Assembly (NCBI RefSeq): GCF_009914755.1
Contig: NC_060934.1
Length of the DNA stretch: 64,000 nucleotides
Reading direction: 5' to 3' (one strand)
Source: the human T2T-CHM13v2.0 reference genome, Homo sapiens
The notes beneath the pieces are model-generated. The model saw nothing but the letters and a program-made list of their open reading frames with translations. It was not told where the DNA came from and did no database searches. Positions 1 to 15,002 of this stretch are shown here, in pieces (positions within the stretch are counted from its first letter, which is position 1; every line of letters starts with the position of its first letter). Made by a program: the position numbers and the translations under genes.

Positions 1-1574
1 AGTAATGGCTATGTTCCTCTAACTTATGACTCAGAAAATGGGGCTGAACACGAGAATCAGGAGAATAATTTAGTAATTGGACCATTTTTGGTGGACAAAT
101 TGATACCTCAGAGGGGCCCTGATGGCCCATTTTTAATGACGCTGTGAGGCAATATAAACCTCACACATCTGCACACTGAAGATATAAAATATTCCACCTG
201 GGGAAAGCAAATGGCAGGCGCTACATTCCAGGATTTTATACCCTAGGCTAGATTTTGCATTTTGCATTTGTCCAAATCATGACATTCTGTCATGATTTCA
301 ACTATTTTCATTGGTTCTTCACATCACCTACTGCTAGTTATTTATTTATCTGGGTTTGGAAGGGAGCTCTGAAATAAAAATTGTTAATGTCCTTTTATGC
401 CCACCTGAATCCCGGTAACAACAGCTGGCCCAGCCAGCTGCAAAATATGTGCTAATGACTTGAGCTGGGTGAACTGGGAGAGGATTATAGATGTGAATTT
501 CTGTAGTTAAGAAGTCAGATTTCCTTTTCTTGCCTCTCTTATTAAAGGCCTTTACCTCTCTTTGCAGATGTGAATAATACTGAATTTGTGGAATCCTCAG
601 CATGATGCTAAAAGAAGACCTTTCTTTTCATTCAGATGTCCCAAATCAGAGAGTGGCAAAATAAAAACGAAATGAAGACTGGTTTTGATGGGATTACTTA
701 GCTACATTAAGATTAATGTTGCCAGAAAAGCATAGTTACATTTGAACTTAAGATCCACAAAGAATGTCTTAGTATAAAGTGTGCCACATGCAACATTTGT
801 CCAATTATTGCATGAAACGTACTTGTACTTAAAATCTCTTTGTTGCATATCTAAAATTGAGATTTGACTGGGTGACATGTATCTTTGTTTGCTAAATCTG
901 GCAACCAGAATTAGGATAAAAAGTTGAACAAAGATATTCATTCAATTCTCAAATTCCAATGTGTTGAAATGGAATGGTCATGCCATTATTAACCACAGCA
1001 AAAGCATAATGTTCTAAAATTTATATGTAGCTTGAGGCAAATTTGGGTATTTATATTTGAACATGAGTATTCAAATCTGTTTTCTAGGAATTCACATCAC
1101 TAAAAACTGTCATAAGGCCCCTGCAAGAACTGAATGTTGTCAATGTTTCCTCATACTCAGCTTCTTCTCCCATTCAATTATCCCAAGAACATCTACGGAC
1201 TCTTTCTCAAACTAATAGAATGCACGAATCTAAGCAGGAAAATGCCTGTTTGCCAGCCTTTCCAGAACTTACAGCTGAATTCCATTTCTAAGGTTTAAAT
1301 AGGATTTTTTTCCCTTACTACAGTCTACACTTAAAGTCTAGTAAAAGTAGATAAGTAGATTGTATATAATTTGGCATCAACCAGGACGCAGTGCAACAAT
1401 TGCCAGTATGAATGTGGAAGGAAAAAAAAGTGAATAAAAAATATCCTATGGGTACATCGAAATTTCAATAGTCTGTGAAAATGAAGTATTGGCTTTGGTC
1501 TCCCGTGGTATGTCATGTAGCTGTGTGCCTCTAAAAAAGCAGAGGGGAAAATGCCATCACCTACTGGAACCTGT

Positions 1575-1646
1575 ATATCTCCTATCTTACGATGGGCTAG
1601 TTGGCTCATGATATCTCCTATCTTATGACGGGCTAGTTGGCTTATG
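1575..1646. repeat. 36-bp tandem duplication (2 copies)
   Basis: atatctcctatcttacgatgggctagttggctcatg followed directly by atatctcctatcttatgacgggctagttggcttatg; 3 mismatches. Confidence 0.95.
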
Positions 1647-2482
1647 AACAGAAACACAAGACGGCATGTACGGAAATCAACAAGCATGGTTTTTAAACCT
1701 TCCCTGAACATCCTGAAGACGGTCACAAAGATTGAAACACAGGGCCGTGATGCCAGGAAAACTGGATCGCCACAAATTCTGTCTCTTGAAGTTAGGAAGT
1801 CGTAGCATTGCAATGCAAAGCAACGTGAACTGTCTGTGGTGCTGGTTGACTTGTACCCTAGTCAGTTACACATGGTAAGATCCAGCAGACAGTGTAAACA
1901 GTGTTTACCAACCATATCTCCTCAAGATGTTGTGGACAGAAGCTACAGCTGTGGCTTTTGAAGGACTCAGATGAAAGCCTGAAGATTTCAGAGCAAAGTT
2001 ATTTGATGCACAAAACTGAATTCTAAGAGCTTTTGTAAATTGAGGGACTGCGCTAGAAAAGTCACACTTGTGGCAACAGCTGAAGACCAGAAATGAGCCT
2101 ATGGAGTGGGTTATATTACCTAATGGGGTAATATACTAAACAGATGCAGGAACGGGAACATGATCCCAGAACTTTGACTGTCACATCATTTGGCAGGGAT
2201 GTGGCTGGGAAAACACTATGATCTCAAAACCCATGAAAACAGAGTAGGTGTCAATGTGAAATTCTAATTATCCAAATATATACCTTCTTAGTTTTATCCA
2301 ATTCAGTTCAACAAGCATTTAGCAAAGCCTAGATGAGTTAGTTATTGTAGCAATAACCAGACTCCTAACTGAGCCGTAGCCTGAAACGTAAGGAATTCCC
2401 ACCTTCATTTTTTAATCCTTTCACTTTGAAAAATAAAAATTTTGCCATTTGGGGACTTTACACATTAATTTAAAATGGATTG

Positions 2483-2691
2483 AAAAAGAATCCAGTCCAA
2501 AAGTGTCATCTATGAATTAGATTTAGAGTTTGCTAATCTTAGCCTTGATCTGGGAAAATAAGACTAAATCAGTCCTCAAGATTAAACCTCAAGATTTATC
2601 TGCAGGAGAATTTTGCTAATTTTCAATGTCTTCATAGCTTAGAAGGCAAAATGGGAGGTCTAAGATAAAGAGATTTAAAACTGTAACTCCT
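2483..2691 (+). repeat. 5' copy of ~210-bp direct repeat flanking AluSc
   Basis: aaaaagaatccagtccaaaag...gatttaaaactgtaactcct aligns to 2981-3192. Confidence 0.95.
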
Positions 2692-3192
<501 letters not shown>

Positions 3193-5539
3193 GATAATTT
3201 AAAAACAAAACTTCAAGTAGGATCCAAAAACATATGAGAAATGATTGCCGATGGCAAATGTTAGTACACTGAGGCTATGACGCACCAGAGACCCAGGCAT
3301 GCTTTCCCAAGCTCAGCTTGTATATAACCCTGTATCTCCACCTGCGAGTCTCTGGAAAAATAACTGGGAGACTCCACAGGCAATGAAAGTAAGTGGTAGC
3401 AACTAAATGAGAATGGAGTGGGTAATAAAATATAACTGTGATCTGGGAGAGAATAGCTACAATTCAGCCTGGCTGTGCTATTTGTGAGTAATGTGATTCC
3501 CTGACACAGGTGGCAACGAGGACTTTATAGGTTCCGGCGTTATTTTTCTTCTCCCAGGATGTTGTTGTATTGAGATATAGAGACCCATGCAGCCATCCTT
3601 ATTTACCACTTTAACCAATATTCATGAGGCACTTTACTGTCATCCTTTCAGGCTCCCACACTGTGTGGGTGGTACAGTTAAACTATCCCCCAAGTCCCCT
3701 TTCCTAGAAAATGCTGTAATGTACATCTGTTTATAACCTGTATGTTTTGTAGTTGGATTTCTTAACTACGATGTTTATAGCTTAGCTCTAAAAGGAAATG
3801 TCGCCTCCCATTTGCGATCAAGATTCAGGATTGAGTAATAAAAGAAACCTGGGCTTCATGCAGAAAGCATATCCATCAACTACTGCCCCAAAGGACCTAC
3901 AACCGTTCATTTTTCCCTTTCTATTTCTGTTGTCTATAATGGAGAATAACCTAACTGACTTTTCTCCTGGTAGCTCCAAAAATGAACTTTTAATCAAAGA
4001 CAAGTCTATGCAGTCATTTAAAATAAATTTGCCAAACCATGGAGGGGACTTAGACTTGCATCTCTAAAGAGTAAAATATTTGCAAGAACTTGATATCGTA
4101 AGGAATTTTGCTCCCATTAACAAGATTTTCATCTGCAAGTCATGTGCAAACTGCTAAGTATTCTAAATCTACAATTCAGCTGCTTGCTGATGGGTTTTTT
4201 TTCTTTTTCTGCTGCCAGAATCATTGCTCCCCGCACTCAATACTTTTTCTGACATCTAGTTTTTCATTCACATTCCCATGACTTTGTTTAGTTGGTTTGT
4301 TGGAGGGAGGAAGGGGAAGGGAGATTGCATTGTCTTTCCCTTTTTCTTCTGTTTCTTTACAGAATTGCTTTCAAGTACTACACTGACTCTTTTTCGAGTT
4401 TATTGATTTGGGGGTGTGTATTTACAATTGCCAATTGTGTCTGACACCTACCTTTTGTAGTACATAAATAAGATTTTTCTCTCCATCACAGTCTATAGTT
4501 TGCCTGTTCCTTACTTCAACCTCACAACATGCCTGCTTCAGTACTGAGGAGAACAAAATAAACATAAACAATTTCTACCCTGTAACTAGATGACTTCAAA
4601 TTGGGACCCTTAACATTCACTTTTAAATTCTATTTCTATGCTTCAGTAATCGGATTTCCAGCTAGTACAGCAAAGAAGTATTAGTTGTCATTGTTATTTA
4701 ACTAAATTCCTACCTTGGGAAGATGCTTCCCCCAAAAAAAGCAAAACATAAATAAAAACTAAAATTCTCAGTTCTCAAGAAGGAGATGAGCAAAATCAGA
4801 AAATGGTGTCTTCTCCTCCTGTTTCTTCCTTCCAGTTCTTTTCTCATACCTTTCCATTTTTTACCCTGTAGTGATTTCTCCTTCCTCATGTACTGTCTTC
4901 ACTTCTATTGACCTCAATCTCTAGCTGTTTACTTGGAAACATTCAGAAAAAATAAATTAACATGTCTGTGACCTAAGATTAAGGTGTTGTCTCTCTCTGA
5001 TGATTTCCTCCTTGGTGGAAATACTTCTTAATCTAAAGGAATGACTCCCTAATGGAAGAATTTCAAGTATTCCTCATAAGTAGAGAGGCAAGATATTTGG
5101 GGGCAGAGGGACACTTCCTGGCACCATTCATATTATGCCACATTTAACACTTCTTTCATTTGCACTCTTTCTCCTCTAAAAAAATGAATTTGAGGTGTCT
5201 TATAAAAATATACAATGTAACAAAAAATTAATAGATGATAAAATTAGGGGTGAGGGTACATAAAATGATAGAAGGCAAAATAAGTCAGGGATAATATCAG
5301 CACACAAAATAAACATGCAATAACAATTGTATGACTGTTATAACTGGTCCTCAAATTTACCTCTGAACAGTGCAGAGAAACAAATCAAAGGGAAAAGTAA
5401 AATTAGTTACAGATTCACAGGGTTCAGAAAGTTGAGAACAGTTGCTGATTCAGAAACTACACTGAAGAGTAACCAACTGGCCTCTGTGCAGGGTTAGTTT
5501 GTAGAGAATTCTTAGAAGTACAACTTTTAAATTATCACA

Positions 5540-6640
5540 AAGTTATTCACAGCTATTCACAATAGCCCCAAACTGGGAAACAAACAAATGGTCCATTAAA
5601 TGAATAAGCAAATTGTGGCATATACATTTAGTGGAATACTACGCAACGACAAAATGGAATGAAATGCTGATAAACACCACAGTAGCGGTGAATTTAAAAA
5701 TCTGTGCTGAGGTCAGGAGTTCAAGACAACCATGGCCAACATGGTGAAACCCCATCTCTACTAAAAATACAAAAATTAGCTGGGCATGGTGGTATGCACC
5801 TGTAATCCCAGCTACTTAGGAGGCTGACTCAGGAAAATCACTTGAACCCAGGAAGCAGAGGTTGCAGAGAGCCGAGATTGCACCACTGCACTCCAGCATG
5901 GGTGACAAAAGCAAAACTCTGTCTCAAAAAAAAAAAAAAAAATCTATGCTGAGTAAAAAACAGGCACAAAGGCATGCATACTTCATTGCTCCATTTATAT
6001 CAAATTCTTGAAAATGCTAACTTATCTTTAGTGACAGAAAACAGATCCTTGACTGCCTGGGATCTGGGTGGAAGGAGAGGTAGACTGCAAAAGGCCACAA
6101 GGAAGCATTTTAGGATGATAGAAATGTTCTGTATCTTGATTGTAGCAATGGTTTTGTGGGTTTATCCATCTGTCCAGACTCACTAAATTTTATACTTTAA
6201 GTGTTTTATTTTAAAGAGCTCTTAGCAACTTTAATAGCCCCAAATTTTAAACCCCCCAAATTTCCATCAGCTGGTGAATGAATAAACAAATTGTGACACA
6301 TCCGTATAATGGAATACTATGCAACAATAAAAAGGAATGAACTAGTGATATGCATAACACCATAGATGAATCTCAAAATGATTATGCAGGGGAAAATTCT
6401 AAAAATTGGGAAAAAATTCAAACAATGAATGGCATATCTATGGTTACCTGGGAATATGGGGGAAGGGTTAAATGGAGGAATTCTAAAGAGGCTTGAGAAA
6501 ACTTTGCGGAACTGTGGAATGTTCACTATGTCATGGTGAGAAGTTCCTGAGTATAGACATATGCCAAAACTCATCAAATTGTACACTTTAAACATGTGCA
6601 ATTTATTCTGTTAACTGTACTTCAAAAAAGCTGTTTAAAA
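5540..6640 (+). mobile_element. Two tandem old L1 (L1ME/L1MC-like) 3'-end fragments; the first is interrupted by an Alu
   Basis: aatagccccaaa...aaattgtg...atggaatacta...ggaatgaa motif occurs near 5560 and again near 6235. Confidence 0.75.
5707..5942 (+). mobile_element. 5'-truncated AluS
   Basis: Starts at ctgaggtcaggagttc; A tail; TSD aaaaatct(g/a)tgctgag. Confidence 0.92.
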
Positions 6641-6689
6641 AAAATCACACATTTTCTATGCATAATTCTATCCCTGCATGTACTTCATT

Positions 6690-7270
6690 ATACAACAGTT
6701 ATCTTTTTTGTGTCTGTCTCCACCACTGACCATAAACTCTAGCATGGAAGGAGCCATGTCAGTTTTGGTGTGCACCTCCAAAGGCATGGCCTGGCTCATG
6801 GACTGCTCCATAAGGATCTGTTGAATTGTACTGTGAGGTCTGATAGCAATTATTACTATTTCTGCTGTTTATTTGCCATGTGCTATTCTAAATACTTTTT
6901 ATGGGTTAACTCTTTAGTCCTCACAATACAATAGTTCTCTGAAATTGAGTCCTGTTCTTATCCCACTTTACAGGTAAAGAAACCCAGGCACCTGGCTCCA
7001 GAGCCCTTACTCTCTTTAATATGAATCTGATCTTGCCTTTTTAAAAGATGCTCAAAGGAAATGAGAATTGTCTAGGATCTCAAGCTAACACCTTAAAGCC
7101 TGGGGTATGGGGTGTGACAGAGAGTCTAGGAACTAAGACAATAAGCCCAAAAGACCAACGGAATAAGACTGGACTTAGAGTTAGAAAATTTGGTGTTGAG
7201 CCCTAACAGGGCCACCTGAGAGCTACTGCAAAGATCAAATGAGAAAATGAATAGAATCTTGATATAAATT
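6690..7270. mobile_element. L2 3'-end and MIR relics
   Basis: tgtctgtctccaccactgac...tgttgaat is L2-like; cccactttacaggtaaagaaac and aagatcaaatgagaaaatg are MIR-like. Confidence 0.55.
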
Positions 7271-7642
7271 GAATGACATCATAATCACTCTCTAGAATAA
7301 ATCCATTTGGATTATAAGAATTCAATTATGAGAAAAGATTCATTTGAATCCTAGTTCTAATTTCAACACATTACCTTTCAATAATGAGGAAAAATTCAGA
7401 TTTTACACGTCAGCAGCTTGCCCAGTAAAACAAGAGCCACCTCTTATCGTGCTCCCAATTATATGGTTGCCACAGGTCACCCATAATCCTTCTTTCAAAA
7501 TACTTATGTTTCGCCCATTTTATAGTCATGAAAATCTTATAGAATGGGTGTCTTGCTCTCACTGATTTCTTCAGTCTCGACTGTTCTGTTTGGTTCTTTT
7601 TGAAATTAAATGTTTCATTATAAAGACATTGCGCATCATTTT

Positions 7643-7990
7643 TGTCTCGGTCTATTTGGATGTTAATTTTAAAAATGCCATAGCTTGGGTAACTTATCAA
7701 CAACTGAAATTTATAGAGGCTAGAAAGTCCAAGATCAAGGTACCAGCAGATTCAGTATCGGGGGGGCCGATTTCCTTGTGCCTAAATGGCATCTTCTCAA
7801 TGTGTCTTCACAGGGTGGAAGAGAAAAAGTAGCGCCCTGGGACCTCTTTTATAAGAGCATAAATCCCATTCCTGAAGGCTCTGTCTGCCTGATCTAACCA
7901 CCTGCCAAGGGCCACTCCTAATACCAATCACTTTGGTGGTTAGGCTTCAACAATGAATTTTGGATAGATGTAAACATTCAGACCATAGCA
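7643..7990 (-). mobile_element. MaLR solo LTR (MLT1A/MSTD-like)
   Basis: aagtccaagatcaagg...taaatcccatt...aacattcagaccatagca. Confidence 0.8.
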
Positions 7991-8639
7991 ATATGTATGC
8001 AGTTTTTGTGTGCATCGTCCTAGCATCCTGCGTGCTGCATTTTACTTACTGCATGTGTCATCTACACAAAGCTGGATCAGCAAGCCGGGAAGACACCACA
8101 GTGCAGACTCATCACAGAAGGTCCCCTGCCTGCTATGCCATCATTGCCAATCATGAAATTCAATGCCATGTTACTATAAATGGGTATTAATTTAAGGGTC
8201 GAAAAATGCTTTAAATGTTTTTCCACGGAAATTAATGGTGATTATATACTTGACTTTTAAAATTTACTCTTAGATGAGTTTTTCAGAGAAAAATAAATCA
8301 ACCCTGAAAAGACAGGGCAAGACTAATAATAAATATAAGAAATTAAGTTTATGGCCTTTATTTTTAAAATCCACTATGACCTGCTTCATTGGGCACTGTT
8401 TCCCAAACTCAGTTCTATGAAACAATCATGGGTCATTGTTTGAATGGAAAACACTGGTTGAAATAAGTTGTGAGTCACTATAGCAGGACTTCTCATAACA
8501 TGTGATACCCAAGAACAAGACACAGTATAGAGCATTTCCCCAAAATATTTATCTTCCACTAAATGGTTACTGATTAGAAACATTCAAGAATTTTTAAATT
8601 TGCTTGGTTGATACTGAGAGATATTTAAGGATATAATCA

Positions 8640-8830
8640 TTAGGCAGTGGTGAAAACAACAGTCTTTCAAGTCAGAAGACCTGGTTCAAATTATGACTCA
8701 GGAGTTTATTATTATACAAGTGATTTGATGTCTCTATTCCTTAGTATCTTCATCTGTAAACTCGAAACAATAAAAATAAGAATATTTCACAGGTGTGTTT
8801 ATGCAAAAGCTTGTGCAAATGAGAGGTGAT
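8640..8830 (+). mobile_element. MIR
   Basis: gtcagaagacctggttcaaat...tcttcatctgtaaa core. Confidence 0.7.
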
Positions 8831-10829
8831 TAGGAAAGCATTCAGATTTTCCTAGTTCTCTTAGTCTTTATCTCAAACAACTTAGCTCAGGGTCAGTACA
8901 CATTTCACTAAAATTTGCAATCTATTTTAGATTTCTAAGATCCTTGGAATAATATTTAAAGTATTTAGCGTAGTTAAATAGAAAATGGGAAAATGTCCTC
9001 ATGTTGGGAGGTTTCTGCTCAAAGGTAGGGTTAATTAGGGTGAAAGCCCCCAAAAGCTAAGGCAGGTTTAACCATGGGAAACGTGTGAATCAGATAAAGT
9101 ATTGTCTATTTTCCATCCCTCTGTAAAAAAAATCATTCCCTTTAATTCCCCTCCTCTCAGAAATCTTCATATTTGATTTTTAAATTACTTAAGAAGAGAT
9201 ATATGGGGAAATTATTTAAATTATTATTACTAATAGCCTAAGAAAAAATTCCCAAAGATAATAAAAATTATTTTTTATTCTTATTATAATCAAATTGGTA
9301 TTCATATGCAAATGAGTTTGTATAATTAATCCCATCTTCACCAAGTCTTCAAAATATGTAATACATTAAGAGAAATGGAAAAATATAAGTCACATTGTTA
9401 AAACTCTAGGTCATCAGAATACACACATGCCTGGAAGCCTGGAAATATTGCTTATTCCAGGGCTAATGAACAAGCCAAAGGGATTCAAAACACAGACAGT
9501 TCTTGTCACATTGAATAACAACAGAAAAGAATGATATGTATTATTGGCATCAGAAGAGTTAACCAAAACATCATTGGCAGTCAACATCTACTGTGGACCA
9601 TCATTCTTATTCATGCTGCTAATCCAACAAGTTTAAATAGCTTAGATTCTGCAGGACCAACTGTGGTGCTATGTGATTGTATTATTCTCTAGTTGCTTCA
9701 CCTATACCAGTGAATAAACCTTCCCTAAGTAGATAAAAACTCTCTGAGAGTATAAAAGATGTATTTGCTCTTTTAAAGGTATTAACAGGCATGCAATAGG
9801 TAATCAGGAAGTAGTTATCAATTGGTTGATTGACAGAGTGAATTTGTTCCCTGGGCCAATGACCCTGAACTTATCACCTAAACCAGGACAACTTTGAGAG
9901 TGAAAATAATCAATACAATAATTTTTTAAAATACATTTTTATCAATCAATGAATATTTATACTGATGAACCTAAAACATAGCATGCCTTTTAAAAAAATA
10001 AAATCACTTTTTAATAAACAAAAACAACCATGCATATTTTAAAAATGTTAAATGTCTTCTATATGATTATCTGACTACTTAAAAATAACAAGTTTTTTTG
10101 TGTACTTTTAACAGTTTTGTCGACATTTCTGTGTCAAGTACTCTTTACTAGTAATTTTTTGATGAATGAATGTTATATCATCTCTTTATTTTTATTTATA
10201 AGATTTCCTAAAACTTGTTCAAAGTTTCATTTTATGGTTAATAAATGTGAAATTGTCTATACTTACATCACCCTAAAGTGCTAAAGTACATTGGGAGCCC
10301 AGAGGAAATTCTACTAAATACAAAATATTCTCATTACTATTTTTTCAGATAGAAATATGTAAATATTTAAGCCCTAATATTCTCATAAGTATTGTTAACC
10401 CCTTTTTAAGCACCTTTCTTTCACTTTTTAAAGATAAAACATGTCAAATGAATTGCCTCTATTTATTAATTCTTTTGAATATTTTGCTACATTTAGATAC
10501 TGTATAATCTTAGGCCTTTCAGTTTTACTTCATTCTTATGAATAATATAAATTTAGCCAATTAAAAGTAGAAGCTATATTCCAAGAGTCTTGCCATAAAT
10601 CAAGATATTCCACAGAACAATTATAGAACTTTAAAACTAGTAACAACTTGAGCTCTTATCTTTTAAGTTGTTATGTTCCTCCCTTGCTTCTACAGGGATA
10701 AATTTTAATGCCTTTTTCTTTGCAGGCTTTATTTTAATAATTAGAATCAGCTAATATCTTCAAAACTCAAATTTTTTTATGCTTATTCATGGAGGGCTTT
10801 GATTAAAGATTTCCAACTAATTATAAGGG

Positions 10830-12110
10830 CATACACATTGTGGATTATAATGTCTTCCTGATTAACTAAACTTTTTATCATTATGAAACATCTCTCTGAT
10901 AATACACATTGTCTTGAAGTCTATTCTTTCTGACATTAATTTAGTCACACCAATGTTCTTAAGCTTACTCTTTTATGGTATACATATTTTCATCCTTTTA
11001 CTTTTAACTGATCTGGGTCTTTGTATTTAAAGTAAATTTTGTATAGACAGTGTATAGTTGGATCTTACTTTTCACTTAGATCTTACTTAGTCTGACAATA
11101 TCTATCTAATAATTGTAGTGTTTAATTACATTTAATGTAATTATTGATATGGTTAGGTTTAAGTCTACCAGATTGCTGTTGTTATCAACTTGTCCCGTAT
11201 TCCCCTCCCATCCTCTTTTCCTTTGTATTCTATTATCTTTTAGTATTCCATTTGAAAACTGACTATTGATAATTTAGCTATACATGTTTATGTTATTTTT
11301 AGTGGTTACACTTGGGATTATGATATAAATGTATAACAGCACAGTCTACTTAAAGTTAATATTCTCCTACTTAATAAAAAATACAAGAATCTTTAAAGAA
11401 TACATTGTAATTCCATTTGCCCCTCTTTCTTTGCTAGCATTGTCATACATTTTCAGTTTTGCACTGGAGTTAAGCAGAGATGTGATTTGTTAAATTTTCA
11501 GAAATTTTGCAGCTGATTGACATAACATTGATAACTCGAAATTGGCAATAGTGATATTTACATCATGTCACTTGGCAACTGACTTTTTTTCTTCAAAGAG
11601 CCAGTTATTAAACATTTGACAGCACAACACTATATATTTTACTCTCATATATAATCCCACAAAAAATATTATTTTCGTTTAGTTTTTAAAGAAATTAACA
11701 AAACAGAGCTTTCTTATCTGTTCATATATTATGTTCATCTTTTCCTTTAAGTCCTTGAACATGTTTGTAATAGCAGTTTTAATATGTTTTTATGCTAATT
11801 ATAATACAAGGTCATCTCAGGGTGGGCTTTATTAATTTTTTTCTTAATTATGAATCATATTTTTCTGCCTTTTGACTGTCTAGTAATTTGTGAATATATG
11901 CTGAACCCTGTGGGTGATACATTGTAGAGAGTGGGTTATGTTGTCTTCCTTTGAATGATACCAAATTGTACTCTGGTAGGCAGTTAATTACTCACTGACC
12001 TTTTCAATTCTGTCAAGTTTTATTTTATTCTATGTTAAAGCAGGTCTACTTCAGTCCTATCATTAGTCCTAAGGAATAGACCCTACTCTAGAGGGTGATC
12101 CTTACTCTAA
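10830..12110 (-). mobile_element. Old L1M fragment
   Basis: ttgtcttgaagtctatt...tctgacattaat, catccttttacttttaac and agtctgacaat match the reverse complement of old L1 ORF2 start/ORF1 region. Confidence 0.7.
11455..11631. mobile_element. MER63-like hAT DNA transposon relic nested in L1M
   Basis: tgttaaattttcagaaattttgc...gagccagttattaaacatttgacagcacaacact. Confidence 0.65.
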
Positions 12111-12928
12111 AGGCACACACAAAAAAAAAATTTAGAATAGTCATTTGATCTAAATGAAAAGTTATGCTTCTCAGAGTGACATGTAAACACATCTTCTGCA
12201 GTGCATGTGATATCTTGTCATCTATGGGCATAGTCTCAAAATAACTACTAATTTTTAAATAGATAAGGATGTTTCTTCAGCAGACTTGTGTATTTTGGTT
12301 TTCATGTGGTCACCATCATCTAATTAGAAGATCATCGTAAATATAAGTTACACATTCACCATCAGCATACCTGAGGAAATAAAAATCTAGTATTTAATTT
12401 TTCATGAAATATTTCCTTTTTTCACAGTTTATTGCTCTGGATGGTTTGTTGCAATTTTTTTTAATTACCAAACAATTTTTTAAGGTTTATATTGGTATTA
12501 TAGAATAAATGACAGTAGTAAGAACATTCACATCACTCCCTAAATTCTCTGTGGTAGGAATGCTCAACACTAATTTCCATACAAACACCCATGTATGCAC
12601 ATATTAACGTACATATCCTATCGTTTCCCATTACCAACTGACTGGCAGCCTGATGCTTCTATGCACCTTGAAGGTCCTAAGGCTATCGCACAACTAGCTG
12701 ATGCACCAAGCAGGAGTGGATAAGCAGTGTCAAATATTTAAACAGAAACAAGTTAACTGATCCTCACTTTTTGTGCCCAAGAGCACTCGGTCTTATCATT
12801 GGATGCCCTGCAAACTGTCCCTGGAGGGAGATATTAGTTATCTTCAGTCTGGAAAGGCTCATAAAGAGAGAGATATAATTACAATATAATATTTAATTTA
12901 ACCATGCATTAAAATGTAACCATGTATT

Positions 12929-13236
<308 letters not shown>

Positions 13237-15002
13237 AAGATGTAACCATGTATTAAGGTTATTAAAGTGAGAACTCTATACCTAAGCCTTTAACATAATG
13301 TGGAAGAGCCCACAGCAGAAACCAGAAGGATAAACTGAAGGTCTACACAACCTCTAGCCTTATTTTAAACGCAGCTATTAATGGTAAGATTCATAATAAA
13401 ACTTGAAAATCATGTCGACACAATTATCAATTTTAAAAATAACTATGTTTAAAATAATTTAGACAAATGCTAACCTGGATGGGACTACAGAACAACTGGT
13501 GTAATCCAGAATTATGCCAGGCAAATTAGGATCACCCAGTTGATACCGCTAGATGAGCTATTTAAAGAAAAGTGAAATGGTCAAGTAAAAACAAAACAAA
13601 ACAAAAAACCCTAAAGGCTATATGAGGAAGAAATGATGATTTCAAGGTGACTTGGGAAAGTGGGACCATTACTAGACATGAAAAGAGGCTGTTTCTGTTC
13701 CGGATTAGCCCCGAATGGTGTTTCTTTGACAAAGTTGAATTTTTCTTCCTACCTCTTTTGGAAAACGATTTATGCTTACTCAACTGCCAAAAGGGATGAA
13801 GTGGATAATATGTAATGTCTCCTGTATCTGTCACATGTGTGGTCTCCTTCCTGCCTTTTTTTTGGCCTAACACATTAAAAATCAGAAATATTTCTGTTTT
13901 TTATAACAGGTTGAAAGCCAATATTTTTCATTATCAACTTTTTCATGTTAATAATTCATCACACATGATATATTGAAATATTACATAATTCAAGTGCCAC
14001 ACAGCAGTCTTCCTAAGTGAGCTAGGTTTTATTTTTAACTATGACTTCTAAACATAATTACTGTATGTGTGAAAAAAGAAGAAAATTCATCTTTTCTTTA
14101 CATAATACTTGTCATCCCCAAAGCCATTTCTAATGAAAGTGACTCTTCTATTTCTTAAAAAGCACAGTTGTCTCCTTCTTTACCTCTTTCACTTTATTTC
14201 AAGCTTATTCAGCATTTACAACTTACACTAATTAATTTGTGTAGACTTCATTAAATGTTCACTGACTGAAGGCAGCAGTTAAGAATTGAGAGGCTCATCA
14301 AGCAATTACATCTCCTTTTACTATAATGAAGCCACCAGGAGTATCAGCCATTTCCTGAACTCTGGACTTCAAAGATGACATCTACCACCCCTGGGTCCAC
14401 TTCAGGACTGGCCGCTGAACTGGGACCTTGTGGCTAGTTCCAAACCCTGACCGCAGCCCCTGGCTCCTGGTGTGGCTCCTAACCCAAGGGCAGTGCTCAT
14501 ACCCTAGGAATTGGAGATGTGGGAATGATGCCTATGAAGAAGGGAGACTTATCAGTTCTTAAATTGTGTGTTTCCAGGACTATAACTACCACCCCAGAGT
14601 ACAACTATGGGCAGCTGCTTTGAGCTCTCACTCAACTTCTGGGCAACATCTGCTCAGCCTTACCCCACTGCAGCCAGCCATATGCCCACAAAATGCCTAG
14701 AAGACATCAGTAAAATATAAGTCAATTGATCTCCCTTCTGCAAGGTCAAATGCACACTAAAAATACGTTACAGATTTCACTTTCAAGGTCAGAATGTCTT
14801 AGAGTTCCATTTCTGGATTTTAGCTACCATTGTGTTCCAGTTTTTGGACTAAAACCAGGAACATCTAGAGCGGTGTCTCCCAAACCCAGTACTGTGAGTC
14901 ACTTAGTGGATTGTGATGGATCCAATACGTCTTAATGAGGAACCTTTCTTAATGAAACAGAAGAGAATTGAAAATACCAGAAAAATGTACCTGTATTAAA
15001 TG

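Noticed and set aside
1331-1813. 160-aa - strand ORF as a protein-coding gene
   Set aside because: Non-ATG start in the track, no recognisable domain, and length inflated by the 36-bp duplication
2112-2135. Inverted repeat tatattacc/ggtaatata
   Set aside because: A few 8-9-bp-arm hairpins are expected by chance in 64 kb of AT-rich DNA; no other support
12768-12820. Possible 53-nt - strand exon (ctccctccag...gtgagg)
   Set aside because: Weak donor context, no recognisable peptide, no partner exons
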